DNA of 62,881 nucleotides from Nostoc linckia z4 (lineage in GTDB: Bacteria > Cyanobacteriota > Cyanobacteriia > Cyanobacteriales > Nostocaceae), in contig NZ_LAHA01000035.1 of NCBI RefSeq assembly GCF_002608075.1, positions 14,453-77,333 on the forward strand, in the 5' to 3' direction. The translations under genes and the position numbers were made by a program. Below, piece after piece: positions 38,711-49,751 of the stretch. The notes under the pieces are model-generated. The model did not search any database, was not told where the DNA came from, and saw nothing but the letters and a program-made list of their open reading frames with translations. The first letter of the stretch is position 1. The number at the start of each line of letters is the position of its first letter.

Positions 38711-40909
38711 ATGAAGACTCGCTACTTTAGCAAAAACAAGGCGCTACCATTACAAATTTTTCTTGTTGTTCCCTTCGCAATCCAAATTTTTGCCGCAGTG
38801 AGTTTAGTGGGTTATTTGTCCTTTAAAAATGGACAAAGGGCTGTTAATGATTTAGCAGAACAGTTGATAGATCGTACTAGTGGCGTAGTGGATGAACACC
38901 TCAAGTCTTATCTTGCCATTCCCCAAACCCTGAATCAGATTAATGCAGATGTTATTCGCAGAGGAATATTAGATGTGCGCGATCGCCAAACTGTTGGTAA
39001 GTATTTCTGGGATCAAATCCAAGCCTATGACCTGACTTATATTGGTATTGGATTAACAACGGGTGAAGGAGTAGGTGCTGCTCGTTATGATGGCAAAACC
39101 ATTACCATTGATGATTGGACAGCTAAGCCTCCTAACAATGTTTACACTTATGCTACTGACAATCAAGGCAATCGAACTCAAGTAAATGCCCGTTGGAATT
39201 GGAAAAATTCCCAGCAATCTTGGTACACTCAACCAATAGCCGCCGGTAAACCCATTTGGACAAAGATTTTAGTTGAAAACTTTCCCACAGGCCCCTACAT
39301 CGTCACCTCTGCAAGTCGTCCAATTTATGATTCGCAAAATCGCTTGCTAGGGATGATTGGCTGCGATATTCATCTGCTGAAACTCAGCGATTTTTTACGT
39401 AGTTTGGATATTAGTCAATCTGGACGGGTGTTCCTTTTGGAACGAGATGGTAGATTAATCGCCACTTCTGGCACAGAAAAGCCTTTTACTTTGATTAATC
39501 AAAAGGCTGAGAGATTGCGGGCCGTGGACAGCACTGACCCAATAATACAGACTGTTGCTAAACACTTACAAACTTCTAATGGGTTTCAGTCCATTACCAA
39601 AGACACAGATTATAGGCTGGAGTTACAAGGAAAAAATTATTTTGTAGATATTACACCTTGGCGTGACGAGTATGGTTTAGATTGGCTATTGGTGGTGAGT
39701 GTGCCAGAAAACGCATTTATGGCGCAAATTAACGCCAACACCCAAACCGCCATCACCCTTTGTTTTGCTGCATTAATCGTTGCTTCAATTATCGGTATCT
39801 TTACCTCCCATTGGATTGTACGCCCGATTCTACGTCTAAATCGGGCAAGTAAGGCAATGGCTTCTGGTAATTTAGCTCAAACAGTAGAAACTAGCCCCAT
39901 TCATGAACTCAATACCCTGTCTAACTCATTTAATTACATGGCAGGGCAATTGCATGAATCGTTTACAGCTTTAGAAAAAACCAAAGACGAACTAGAAGAC
40001 AGGGTACAAGAACGTACTACTGAACTCAAAAATACATTACAGGAATTACAGCGCACTCAATCTCAAATAATTCAAACTGAAAAAATGTCCAGTCTGGGAC
40101 AACTAGTTGCTGGAGTCGCACACGAAATCAATAATCCAGTGAATTTTATTCATGGCAACCTCATCCATGTGGAACAATATACCCAGGATTTATTAGCAAT
40201 TTTGCAATTGTATCAGCAGCACAATTCTAATGCTGCTCCAGAAATTCAAATTGCTGCCGAAGAAATGGATTTGGAGTTTTTGCTACAAGACTTACCCAAA
40301 GTCTTATCTTCCATGAAAGTAGGCACAGATCGCATTCGCCAAATTGTACTTTCTCTGCGAAACTTTTCCCGCATGGACGAAGCGGAATTTAAACGCGTCG
40401 ATATTCATGAAGGTATTGACAGTACTTTGATGATTCTGCAACATCGCCTCAAAGGTAAACCACAACAACCTGAAATTGAAGTCATCAAAGACTACGGCAA
40501 TTTACCTTTAGTAGAATGCTATGCCGGACAACTAAATCAGGTGTTTATGAATATTTTAGTGAATGCCATTGATGCCTTAGAAGAAAATCATTTTCAAAGG
40601 AATCATCAGCAAAGCCAGGATAATTCTCATCAAATTATCATTCGTACATCAGTGATGAATTCAACGTGGATAAAAATAGCGATCGCTGATAACGGAGTTG
40701 GTATTTCTCAAGAATTGCAGCAACGAATATTCGATCCCTTTTTCACTACTAAACCCATTGGCAAAGGAACCGGAATGGGTATGTCTATTAGCTACCAAAT
40801 TATTACAGAACAACATGGCGGCAAACTAGAGTGTTGCTCAACTTTAGGAAAAGGAACTGAGTTTATCATTCAAATCCCTGTACGCAGAAAACCTCAAACA
40901 GCAAGTTGA
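38711..40909 (+). CDS. sensor histidine kinase (Cache-like periplasmic domain, HAMP, HisKA, HATPase)
   Basis: H-box VAHEINNP, N-box NILVNAIDA, G-boxes DNGVGI and GKGTGMGM. Two TM segments. ATG at 38711 preferred over the TTG at 38696. Confidence 0.85.
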   Translation: MKTRYFSKNKALPLQIFLVVPFAIQIFAAVSLVGYLSFKNGQRAVNDLAEQLIDRTSGVVDEHLKSYLAIPQTLNQINADVIRRGILDVRDRQTVGKYFWDQIQAYDLTYIGIGLTTGEGVGAARYDGKTITIDDWTAKPPNNVYTYATDNQGNRTQVNARWNWKNSQQSWYTQPIAAGKPIWTKILVENFPTGPYIVTSASRPIYDSQNRLLGMIGCDIHLLKLSDFLRSLDISQSGRVFLLERDGRLIATSGTEKPFTLINQKAERLRAVDSTDPIIQTVAKHLQTSNGFQSITKDTDYRLELQGKNYFVDITPWRDEYGLDWLLVVSVPENAFMAQINANTQTAITLCFAALIVASIIGIFTSHWIVRPILRLNRASKAMASGNLAQTVETSPIHELNTLSNSFNYMAGQLHESFTALEKTKDELEDRVQERTTELKNTLQELQRTQSQIIQTEKMSSLGQLVAGVAHEINNPVNFIHGNLIHVEQYTQDLLAILQLYQQHNSNAAPEIQIAAEEMDLEFLLQDLPKVLSSMKVGTDRIRQIVLSLRNFSRMDEAEFKRVDIHEGIDSTLMILQHRLKGKPQQPEIEVIKDYGNLPLVECYAGQLNQVFMNILVNAIDALEENHFQRNHQQSQDNSHQIIIRTSVMNSTWIKIAIADNGVGISQELQQRIFDPFFTTKPIGKGTGMGMSISYQIITEQHGGKLECCSTLGKGTEFIIQIPVRRKPQTAS

Positions 40910-40937
40910 ATTGGTAATTCATATTCGTAAAAGCTAC

Positions 40938-41117
40938 TTAAAATTTTCTTTTGTCATCAGCAATATCTCCTTCAAAAGGTTGAACCCCGCTAGCTGGATA
41001 ATCATCATCCTTGGGTGCAAAAATTCTGCTAACAGCAGTTAATATGTAGTTGATGATTTTTCCGAAAAATTCTTGAATTGAGTTGATAAATTGCCGTATT
41101 TTTGTAGAAATTTTCAT
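40938..41117 (-). CDS. possible 59-aa small protein (MKISTKIRQFINSIQEFFGKI...)
   Basis: Manual translation, just below the track threshold. No family recognised. Confidence 0.3.
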   Translation of the reverse strand: MKISTKIRQFINSIQEFFGKIINYILTAVSRIFAPKDDDYPASGVQPFEGDIADDKRKF

Positions 41118-41576
41118 AAAATAATTCCTTGCTCAGACGTTTTCCATTTAACTTTCCCGTCAACAGTCAACAATCAACACTCAACAACCACCACAATTGA
41201 TTATGCTTTTTTAGCGTCCATTATTTTATACTTGCAAGCATCATATAGTAATCCGATTTGATTCCTGAAATTATCTGCGTAGGTAGGGAACAGGGAATAG
41301 GGAACAGGGAACAGAAAAGAAGGGTATAGATGTGTAATGAATCTTGTTCAAAAATCAAATAGGAGTCCTATACTTTATATACAATCAAAATAAATTATCT
41401 CTACTCCAAGAGTGAGTTTTGTGAGTAATTTAGTCAAAAGTATTAGTAATAATTTCCCTCCAAAGAAAGAATAAACTACCAAGGATGATAGCCAGAATTA
41501 GGTAGTTTAATCTAATGATTTGACAATAGTCAGTACTCTATCTGCCTCCGTTTGTGATGTGCGGGGGTCTTTTGCT

Positions 41577-43979
41577 ATGAACAAGCAGGCTGCGAAAATT
41601 TTTTATCACCATAAATCACAGGCATCAGTAGCAAGTTTTTTTACTTTTACTGCCGTGTCTGCTCCCTTGGCAATCTCTTTGATTGCTAATCCAGTGTTGG
41701 CTCAATCATCGAATGCTAATGTTAATACTTCTTTTCCGGTTCCGCAATCCATTCCTAGTGGAACACAAGTGCGGATTAATGGTACAACCAGCATGGAAAA
41801 GATTAATCAAGCATTAGCGCAGGAGTTTCAAAGCAAGTATCCTAATACAAATGTCACCACTGGATATGATGGAACAGATGCGTCTTTGAAAGCATTGCCA
41901 AATGGACAGATTGATTTAGCGGCCATTGGTCGTTCGTTAACTGACTCGGAGAAAGCCCAAGGGCTTGCAAGTATTCCCATTACTCGGAATAAAATTGCGG
42001 TAATTGTCGGCAAGGATAATCCATATATCAACAATCTGACTTCTGAACAATTTGCTCAAATCTTTCGGGGTGATGTTAATGACTGGTCACAAGTAGGGGG
42101 TTCTGCCCACAGAATTCGCTTGATCGATCGCCCAGAAAATAGCGACTTGCGGCAAGCATTCCAGAATTATCCTGTTTTTCAAAAAGCTCCTTTTAAAACA
42201 GGTAAAAATGCGATTCAAGTTTCCGCAGACAGTACAGAAGCGGTAGTCAAAGAATTAGGGACAGATGGTATTGGATATGCGATCGCCGACGGGGTAATCA
42301 ATAACCCCAATGTAAAAATTGTGGCACTACATAATGTTCTGCCCACCGATACCCGTTATCCCTTTTCTCAACCTTTGGCTTATGCCTACGATAAATTTAA
42401 TCCAAGTCCTGCTGCCACGGCATTTTTAGGCTTTGCTACTGCACCGGCTAATGGGGGAATCATTGAACAAGCCAGGGTGAACAATGCCAACCAAACAGCA
42501 TCCACGCCTACAGGAGCAATTCCTCCCACCACTCGGACTGTAACACAACCCCAACGTGAATCTTCATGGTGGTGGTTATTGCTGATTCCTTTACTAGGTG
42601 GATTATTATGGTGGTTAAGTCGGCGCAACGCAACTTTAACCCCCACTGGAGTTGCTACACCTGTTTTAGGGAGCGGCCAAACCTCAGAGAATCGTATCGT
42701 CCTCACACCTCGAAGTTGCAGAGATGCCTATGTTTACTGGGAAGTTTCCAATCAAGTAAAAGAAGATTTGCAACGGCAAGGTGGACGTGGTTTGAAGTTG
42801 CGTCTTTATGATGTCACTGATATTGACGACATAGACCGGCAAACACCACATAGCATGAAGGAATTTGATGTAGATGGACAAGCGCGAGATATTCACCTGC
42901 CCATCGAGCTAGATAACCGGGATTATGTTGTTGAGCTTGGTTGTTTGAGCAACAATAATCGCTGGTTAAACATCGCTCGTTCGGCGAAAGTGCGAGTTCC
43001 TGCTTGCCAACCGGTTGGCGTTATCCCTACAGTGGCAAGTGGTGTTGCGGCTGCTTCTTTAGGGGACAATAACTCCATAACTACAAAAGATGAAGGTCGT
43101 GTAATTTTAGTACCTCGTAACTCCCAAGATGTCTATGCTTATTGGGAAATTCCCGAAGCACGCAAGGCAGAACTGCAACGCCAGGGGGGAAGACAGTTGG
43201 CGCTTCGTCTTTATGACAGTACAGGCATGGATTTGGAACGGCGGAGTGCCCAAAGTTTTCGGCAGTTTGAGTGTGACGAATCAACACAAGATTTACACAT
43301 TCCCATTGCCCAAAGCGATCGCGACTATGTGGCAGAATTAGGATACATTACTGCCAATGGGCATTGGCTAAAAGTGGCTGAGTCAGCACCGATAAAAGTT
43401 TCATCCACTGTTAAAGAAGGTAGTGCCGTCACATCCTCTGATGGGGCAACTAACTTGCCACAGTTGCAACGGAGCGATCGCACATCTAACCCAATTGTTG
43501 ATGTCAGAAATAGAGTTAACGAAACCATTGCAGAAACTACACCTATGGTAGGAGGCTTGGGAGCCACTGCTCACTCACTTTTAGGCAGAAAACAAGGTGA
43601 TGGCTTACAAACACCTTTAAGCGATCGCTCGACCATCAAAAGAGATTGCCGGATTATCCTAGTACCTCGCAACACGAAGGATGCTTATGCCTACTGGGAA
43701 ATTGCAGATGAGTACAAAGCAGCTGCCCGCATACAAGGCGGACGCAGATTTATCCTGCGAATTCACGATGTCACAAATTTAGACATTGAACATCAGTCGC
43801 CCCATAGTACTCAAGAATATCCATGCAATGAACGCGAACAAGACAAACACGTGGCCATTCCAGCAAGCGATCGCGATTATCTTGCAGAAATAGGTTATTA
43901 CACAGATGATGGCCGCTGGCTGAGTATTATTCGCTCCTTTGACGTTCACATACCATCCAATAAGCTGTTGAGCATTTAA
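41577..43979 (+). CDS. PstS-like substrate-binding domain protein with TM segment and three DUF4912-like repeats
   Basis: N-terminal PBP-type domain (RINGTTSM...LAAIGRSLT), TM WWWLLLIPLLGGLLWWL, and three repeats (I.LVPR...DAYAYWEI...QGGR.L.LR.YDVT). Confidence 0.7.
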   Translation: MNKQAAKIFYHHKSQASVASFFTFTAVSAPLAISLIANPVLAQSSNANVNTSFPVPQSIPSGTQVRINGTTSMEKINQALAQEFQSKYPNTNVTTGYDGTDASLKALPNGQIDLAAIGRSLTDSEKAQGLASIPITRNKIAVIVGKDNPYINNLTSEQFAQIFRGDVNDWSQVGGSAHRIRLIDRPENSDLRQAFQNYPVFQKAPFKTGKNAIQVSADSTEAVVKELGTDGIGYAIADGVINNPNVKIVALHNVLPTDTRYPFSQPLAYAYDKFNPSPAATAFLGFATAPANGGIIEQARVNNANQTASTPTGAIPPTTRTVTQPQRESSWWWLLLIPLLGGLLWWLSRRNATLTPTGVATPVLGSGQTSENRIVLTPRSCRDAYVYWEVSNQVKEDLQRQGGRGLKLRLYDVTDIDDIDRQTPHSMKEFDVDGQARDIHLPIELDNRDYVVELGCLSNNNRWLNIARSAKVRVPACQPVGVIPTVASGVAAASLGDNNSITTKDEGRVILVPRNSQDVYAYWEIPEARKAELQRQGGRQLALRLYDSTGMDLERRSAQSFRQFECDESTQDLHIPIAQSDRDYVAELGYITANGHWLKVAESAPIKVSSTVKEGSAVTSSDGATNLPQLQRSDRTSNPIVDVRNRVNETIAETTPMVGGLGATAHSLLGRKQGDGLQTPLSDRSTIKRDCRIILVPRNTKDAYAYWEIADEYKAAARIQGGRRFILRIHDVTNLDIEHQSPHSTQEYPCNEREQDKHVAIPASDRDYLAEIGYYTDDGRWLSIIRSFDVHIPSNKLLSI

Positions 43980-44038
43980 TCAGCAGTCATCCGCCGATTA
44001 TATCAAGTCATGAATTTTAAATGAGAGAGGAATTAATC

Positions 44039-44560
44039 ATGGGACTTTTTTTTGAGGTTCTCAGTGCCATTAATAATCCCAATCAACGCGGAAATGTTAC
44101 TCAGTTAGAGTCAATTATCAACTCAATTCAACAAGTGGCAACTAGTCGAGGCATTCAACCATCTCAAATGCAAAATATTATGTCAGTTGTGGGTAATATG
44201 CTTCGTCCAGTACTTAGGCAGCAGCAGTCATTACCGGATGGAAATCAGTTACAAAATCTGATTAGTCAAGCTGGTAGTACTAGCACCAGTGGAGTGGGAA
44301 TGCAATCTTTACTCTCACCTCAGTTGCAGCAGCAAATTGTTCAAACAGTTTCCCAAACAACAAGAATCAGCCCGAATGTAATTGACGCTATTTTGCCCAC
44401 AATCATTTCAGCCGTACAAAGTATGCTCAGTATGGGTTCTACCAGTGGTGGATCTGTAAATTCAAATTCTATTTTGCATACTTTTTTAGATAGCGATCGC
44501 GATGGCGACACCGACTTAAGTGACGTTCTGAGATTTGGCGATCGTTTTCTTCATCCATAA
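44039..44560 (+). CDS. hypothetical protein (DUF937-like?)
   Basis: ORF with Met at 44039 (MGLFFEVLSAINNPNQ). Low-complexity Q/S-rich middle. Confidence 0.45.
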   Translation: MGLFFEVLSAINNPNQRGNVTQLESIINSIQQVATSRGIQPSQMQNIMSVVGNMLRPVLRQQQSLPDGNQLQNLISQAGSTSTSGVGMQSLLSPQLQQQIVQTVSQTTRISPNVIDAILPTIISAVQSMLSMGSTSGGSVNSNSILHTFLDSDRDGDTDLSDVLRFGDRFLHP

Positions 44561-44840
44561 TATACATACTGGGTTGCGATAGCGATGATTCCCACAGCCA
44601 TTGCACCCCACCCCTTGACAAGATGCAGCTGGTGAATAGAGGATGAGACCCCTCGTCGAGCCACAAATTGGTTTGTAGAGACGTAGCATTGCTACGTCTC
44701 TACATAGGGTGGAATGACTTCTGCAAGAAGTCAATTGTGAAGTTATTTTGCTGGTAATATAATATACGAAGTTTAATCCTTAACAGGTTATACAGTTGAA
44801 CAGATAGTTACAACTAATAATCTTATTTGTTAATAAACTT

Positions 44841-45488
44841 ATGCAGATAAATCAAGTCATTGAAACCTACGATCGCGGTGCGGTGGATTATGACGCAATC
44901 ATGAAGCGTTACTGGCACATTGAACGCGAACCGCTAATTGCTTCCTTACAGCTTCAGCCAGGACAAACCGTACTCGATGCTGCGGTGGGAACTGGTCTTA
45001 ATCTTAGTGCTTATCCCCAAGGAGTACATGTTGTCGGTGTCGATCTTTCTCATAAGATGATCGATGAAGCACGTGAAAAAACTGTATCCGCAGACATCAC
45101 CTTCAAGGTGTCGGATATCTGCAATTTAGATTTTCCTGATAATAACTTTGATGCAGCAGCATCGGGATTTACCCTGTGTGTTGTTGACGATCCCGTTCGT
45201 GCTTTGGAAGAAATTTTAAGAGTTACCAAACCTGGTGCTTTAATTGCCATTCTTGATTATTGCAAATCACGAGATCCAGAGATTGCAAAATGGCAAGAAT
45301 TAATATCTGATGCAGCCTCACAACTAGGTTTTCCCACTGACAAAATCAAGTGGAATGCATTGATGGATTATGACGAATTAATTTACAACAGTAAGCTGAA
45401 CATTGAAGTGCTGGTAGATAATCGCATAGAAAGTGCCAACCCATTTTCATGTGGTTGTCAATTACTATTGAAAAATTCCAAAGTTTAG
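44841..45488 (+). CDS. class I SAM-dependent methyltransferase
   Basis: Motif I VLDAAVGTGLNL and post-I VGVDLSHKM. Confidence 0.8.
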   Translation: MQINQVIETYDRGAVDYDAIMKRYWHIEREPLIASLQLQPGQTVLDAAVGTGLNLSAYPQGVHVVGVDLSHKMIDEAREKTVSADITFKVSDICNLDFPDNNFDAAASGFTLCVVDDPVRALEEILRVTKPGALIAILDYCKSRDPEIAKWQELISDAASQLGFPTDKIKWNALMDYDELIYNSKLNIEVLVDNRIESANPFSCGCQLLLKNSKV

Positions 45489-45674
45489 AAACTATTTATA
45501 ACGTAAATCTTAACTAGATGCGTTACGGCTGAACGCCTGACACACCGCCATACAAGATGGTGTGTTAGGCGCTTAGTTCATATTTTTCTTAACGGGGAAC
45601 AGGGAACTCTTAACAGACTTTGCTGTTGCCTGTTGCCCGTTCCCTGTTCCCTCTCCCGAAGGGAGTTGACAATT

Positions 45675-46046
45675 CTATACCTGTAAAAGAATTCGTGCTG
45701 CAATACCAGTCACATGATGAAGTGCATCTAGAAGTCTAGTTTCGTTTTCAGGTTTTTCTAATTCTTTATTCAAGGAATTAATACTTGCTTTTAAATCTGA
45801 TTGAAGCCTTTCAATTTGACCAGCAATTTTTTCCAAGATAGCATTCTCTATCTTAGCTATAGCGACAATTAAATCTCCTCTAGCTTGCACAAAAGATTTT
45901 GCTAAACACAAATTGGTTTCTGATGTGCAAATTAATATAACTTCTTCAAGAGAACCAAGCTTGAATTCAACATCTCTGAGTTCTTCAAGTAGTTCTTCTC
46001 TAAGAATATCAATTGGGTTTAGGCGTTCCGGAATAAAAGTAGACAT
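45675..46046 (-). CDS. small coiled-coil protein with hydrophobic C-terminus (paralogue of 46214-46597)
   Basis: ATG at 46046 preferred over the TTG at 46061. Shares the LQSDLKASINSLNKELEK / VTGIAARILL pattern with its neighbour. Confidence 0.5.
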   Translation of the reverse strand: MSTFIPERLNPIDILREELLEELRDVEFKLGSLEEVILICTSETNLCLAKSFVQARGDLIVAIAKIENAILEKIAGQIERLQSDLKASINSLNKELEKPENETRLLDALHHVTGIAARILLQV

Positions 46047-46213
46047 TTTTTCGATCCTCAAAAATTACAATTATTAATGCTTAAAGGTAAGTTGATAGTA
46101 CTTACGCATTGACCGAAAATTCCAAATGTGAATGAGTTTAAAAACCATATCTTTCGTATGGGTTTAGCATTGCTAAACCCAAACTAATTAGCTGATATAT
46201 ACCTTGAATATTC

Positions 46214-46597
46214 TTATCTAGCTAAAAGAACGATTCTTGAAACAATACCGATTACCCGCTCTATAGTTTGCAAAACTGTGATGGTATTTTCTAATTTTGC
46301 TAGCTCTTTTTTTAAGTTAGCAATGCCTGATTCTAAGTCTCCATTAAGTTTTTCAAGTCGTTCTGCAATACTGCCTATTGATGCATCTTGTAGCTTTCGT
46401 TTGCAAAGTATATAATCTTTTCTGGCTTCAAGATATCTTTTCCATTTAACTTCATCTTTATCATTTTCAAATTCTTTTTTAAATTTTAAGAATGTTCTAA
46501 CAGAATCTAAATCTACTTGTGTTTCTTCTAATTCTCTAAGCCGATTGTTTCTGATGTTATCTACATTAGTTAGACGACTAATAATTAGACTTGTCAT
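46214..46597 (-). CDS. small coiled-coil protein with hydrophobic C-terminus
   Basis: 127 aa. Starts 2 nt after the upstream stop. LNGDLESGIANLKKELAK ... VIGIVSRIVLL. Confidence 0.55.
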   Translation of the reverse strand: MTSLIISRLTNVDNIRNNRLRELEETQVDLDSVRTFLKFKKEFENDKDEVKWKRYLEARKDYILCKRKLQDASIGSIAERLEKLNGDLESGIANLKKELAKLENTITVLQTIERVIGIVSRIVLLAR

Positions 46598-46599
46598 AT

Positions 46600-47475
46600 T
46601 TACTCCTTGGTTTTTAATGTTTCAATTACAGATAAAAGATCTTCAATGTCTGTTAGTAATGCGTTAATCCGTCCACTACTAGACCGACCCTCTACAAAAT
46701 CTTGAAATATGTTTTGAAAATCTCCCAGTGCTTGACTTGCATTTTCAAGTTCTGCGGCAGTGAGTTCTTGAGTTAATAGTTCTCTGCGAGTAGCTATCCA
46801 TGTATCTTCATCAGCGATGGGTGTGGGTTGGAGCAATGGGTTAATGACAAGTCTTAGTTCTTGTCTATCTTGAATTCCCTTTAAATCACCTTTAATTTGA
46901 GTACTCAGAACATTGAGTAACTCTTGCTGTGTCTTTAATTCAAGCATAATAGTCTGATTGCGTTTTTGCAGTTCTTCTTTAAGAGCGCCCCGAATCTTAG
47001 AACTGACGATTAGTTTTCCTATACCTTGAAAAACCTCTTTATTTTCTATTAAGTTGCTTTCTCGTAAGGTCTGACCTATTGTATTTAAATTATCTACTAC
47101 CCCTCCAATAGCAGTTTGTGTTCGCTCAGGAGCATCAGACCCAGCTAAGTCCTGTAGTAATTTAAAATACTTACTCAGCAAGCTGTTGTGTTTTTTGAGC
47201 CGATTAATTAAGTCAATTCTATTACTATCTGAATCTGAAAATTCATTGTAATCATCAGATGTTTGATTATTTTCTCTGTCTTGTAATAAAAGTTCTTCAG
47301 AGCTTTCGTCAATTCGAGTTACAACAGCTAGATCTAATAGTTGGTTGAGAGCTTTGGAATAATTAGTTCCTGCCTGTGCTAGTTTTTTATATTCGTCAGT
47401 GGAACGACAAGCACTCAAACAAGTTGTGGCTATTGCTACAGCAATTATTATTGGAAAGTGAATTTTATTTTTCAT
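46600..47475 (-). CDS. putative lipoprotein, helical
   Basis: 291 aa. Signal peptide plus lipobox (IAVAIATTCLSAC). Coiled-coil-like remainder. Confidence 0.6.
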   Translation of the reverse strand: MKNKIHFPIIIAVAIATTCLSACRSTDEYKKLAQAGTNYSKALNQLLDLAVVTRIDESSEELLLQDRENNQTSDDYNEFSDSDSNRIDLINRLKKHNSLLSKYFKLLQDLAGSDAPERTQTAIGGVVDNLNTIGQTLRESNLIENKEVFQGIGKLIVSSKIRGALKEELQKRNQTIMLELKTQQELLNVLSTQIKGDLKGIQDRQELRLVINPLLQPTPIADEDTWIATRRELLTQELTAAELENASQALGDFQNIFQDFVEGRSSSGRINALLTDIEDLLSVIETLKTKE

Positions 47476-47551
47476 CTATTGTTTTCAAAGTTGCCCAAAA
47501 ATTATCGCATCAAATGTAGTTTTTGATTGAAAAATAGTAAAATAGATTAAA

Positions 47552-49222
47552 TTATCCATTTTTTAAATTCAGAAAATTTTGTCGAATCCACAATCTAAAT
47601 ATGCGTTTTAAAAGCCACTTTGTTAAGGGTTTTCCAATAAATATCCGGACATTCAGCTTAATAAAACTCCATAACTTAGATAAACGAGAACCATTATTTT
47701 TCATATCAAGCGGTTCTAGCCTGTCATTGATTAGATCCACCAAAGATTCTAAACGGAAGCTTAACTGATTTACAATTTCTTGACGTGTTTCTATGTCAAC
47801 CTCTGCCATTAACCTTCGTAATTCTGCAAGTTGATCTCGTTTGATGGCGTCATTATCTTGTAGTTGTTCTCCTTCTGGTGAACGAGGTTTTGCTAATTGA
47901 CTTAACTCTTTTTTTGCTTCATCCCAAGTATTTAAATTTTTATCGTTAACCTTACAATTAACTATCCACTCAAGAGGTGGCATTTTATTAAGTTCAAGGT
48001 TGAGTAAATCTTGGAGTTGACTCTTTGCTTGAAGATTGGACAGTTCAAATTGAGTGCGTTCCCGACCAATGTTGTAATCATAAGCCCGGAATTTCTTTTC
48101 AAGAAATCCAGCAAAGGCTGAGAAGACATCGCCAATTAACTCAAAGTCATTAGCTGTAATGGAAAATACTGGAGCATCCATTTCTTCCATAATCCAATCT
48201 TGGAAGCGAGACTGGTGAAAAATTGAACTCAGCAATGCAATTCCTGTTACCAAGAGATCGTTATCTTTTTTGATAAAAGGATTTTCGGGTAATTGGCGTT
48301 GACCTGGTGCAATATAAAGGTAATATCTTTTATCAGATAAATCTTGATTTTGATCGATGCGATCCACGAGGAGTTTAGCCATACCAATAGGCTCATTTTC
48401 AAAAACTCCACCATCTGTGTACAGATACTCCTCATTACGATCGCGACGCTTACCAAATCCACCAAAACGTCGAATTTTCCGAAGTTTAAAAGCGAAGGGA
48501 AATGCACCAGATGATAGACCGGCTTCGCGTAACTCACTCCAGTTAGTATCTCTAAGTTTTTTCCATTCTATTGACTCGCGTCCTGTTCTTGGATCTCTTA
48601 TTGTCTCTCGATCTATTTCATCAAGCGTCACATTCCCAAATCCATCGCGACGAGCTAGACACACAAATTGATCCTTATAACGGGTATATGCAAACTTTAG
48701 TGTTCCTTCTTTTCGGCCTTCACGAGCGTAATCAGTTGTAAGAGGGAAAGTATAGCCAGACAAGTTGGACATAGCTATACCAACATAAATCTCAGACGCA
48801 GCAGCCGGATGCTTTTGGTTGATTTGAACACGATCTTGCAGATATTTATTCCCAATTTTTTCAACAACTGCTGTTTGTAAAAGTGAGTATTTTTGATCTT
48901 CTTTTTCAACTTTAATTAATTCCCGAATATCAACTTCATCAACCCATGCATTGTAGAGTGGATTATTATATGGTTTGCGTAAAGACTGGTCTGGACGAAA
49001 GGGTGCAGGCTGATCGCCACAAAGAAGATGTTGGACTAAAATACAAGCCGTCATCCCACCCGCCGAAGCACCTGTAATTACATCAATTTCAATGGGTTCT
49101 TCATGATTTTTTATATCTTCGTTATGTCTGGCGATCGCTTCCAAAATTTCATACATAACGCCAGCTTCATAACTGCCAAGTGATACTGCTCCACTGATAA
49201 CAACGGCAAGCTTTTTGGGCAT
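47552..49222 (-). CDS. patatin-like phospholipase with extended C-terminal domain
   Basis: 556 aa. Oxyanion-hole motif SGAVSLGSYEAG, nucleophile GASAG, catalytic Asp motif YTDGGVFENEP. Confidence 0.85.
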   Translation of the reverse strand: MPKKLAVVISGAVSLGSYEAGVMYEILEAIARHNEDIKNHEEPIEIDVITGASAGGMTACILVQHLLCGDQPAPFRPDQSLRKPYNNPLYNAWVDEVDIRELIKVEKEDQKYSLLQTAVVEKIGNKYLQDRVQINQKHPAAASEIYVGIAMSNLSGYTFPLTTDYAREGRKEGTLKFAYTRYKDQFVCLARRDGFGNVTLDEIDRETIRDPRTGRESIEWKKLRDTNWSELREAGLSSGAFPFAFKLRKIRRFGGFGKRRDRNEEYLYTDGGVFENEPIGMAKLLVDRIDQNQDLSDKRYYLYIAPGQRQLPENPFIKKDNDLLVTGIALLSSIFHQSRFQDWIMEEMDAPVFSITANDFELIGDVFSAFAGFLEKKFRAYDYNIGRERTQFELSNLQAKSQLQDLLNLELNKMPPLEWIVNCKVNDKNLNTWDEAKKELSQLAKPRSPEGEQLQDNDAIKRDQLAELRRLMAEVDIETRQEIVNQLSFRLESLVDLINDRLEPLDMKNNGSRLSKLWSFIKLNVRIFIGKPLTKWLLKRIFRLWIRQNFLNLKNG

Positions 49223-49751
49223 TAATTTCCCTCACTTCATGTCTAAAAATTTAGAATAAACGGAATTTTTTTGTATAAATGCTTTTTTTGGGCAGTTTTT
49301 TAACACTTTTCCGTAGATTTCCTGATTGTATCAGCAATTATTTTTTTTAAAACTACAGATGTATTAAAAAATATTACACAGATGGTAATTGAATTTTAGA
49401 ATTTTTTTATATCTCTGGACATAGAAAAATAAGATGCCGCTCTGGAACTTATTTGCCAACAAGCATAGATAAATCAGGTTTAAAATATTCTCTAATGAAA
49501 TAAATAAAAAGAGTCTTGGGTTACTACATCCAAAAAAGCTGCTTTAGTAGATGTAAAATATAGCTAGAGGTAATTTAATAAAGTTAAAATAAATAAAGTT
49601 TTCTTTACACATGAATGCTTTTCAGACTAAAGCCAGTATTATTCTTAATAAAAAACAAAAAATATACATCAAAGTCATCAAAATTTTTAATTTATGAAAT
49701 TGTGGTGCGTTGCATTTGAGAACAAGACACCACAATCTACATCATTTAGTT

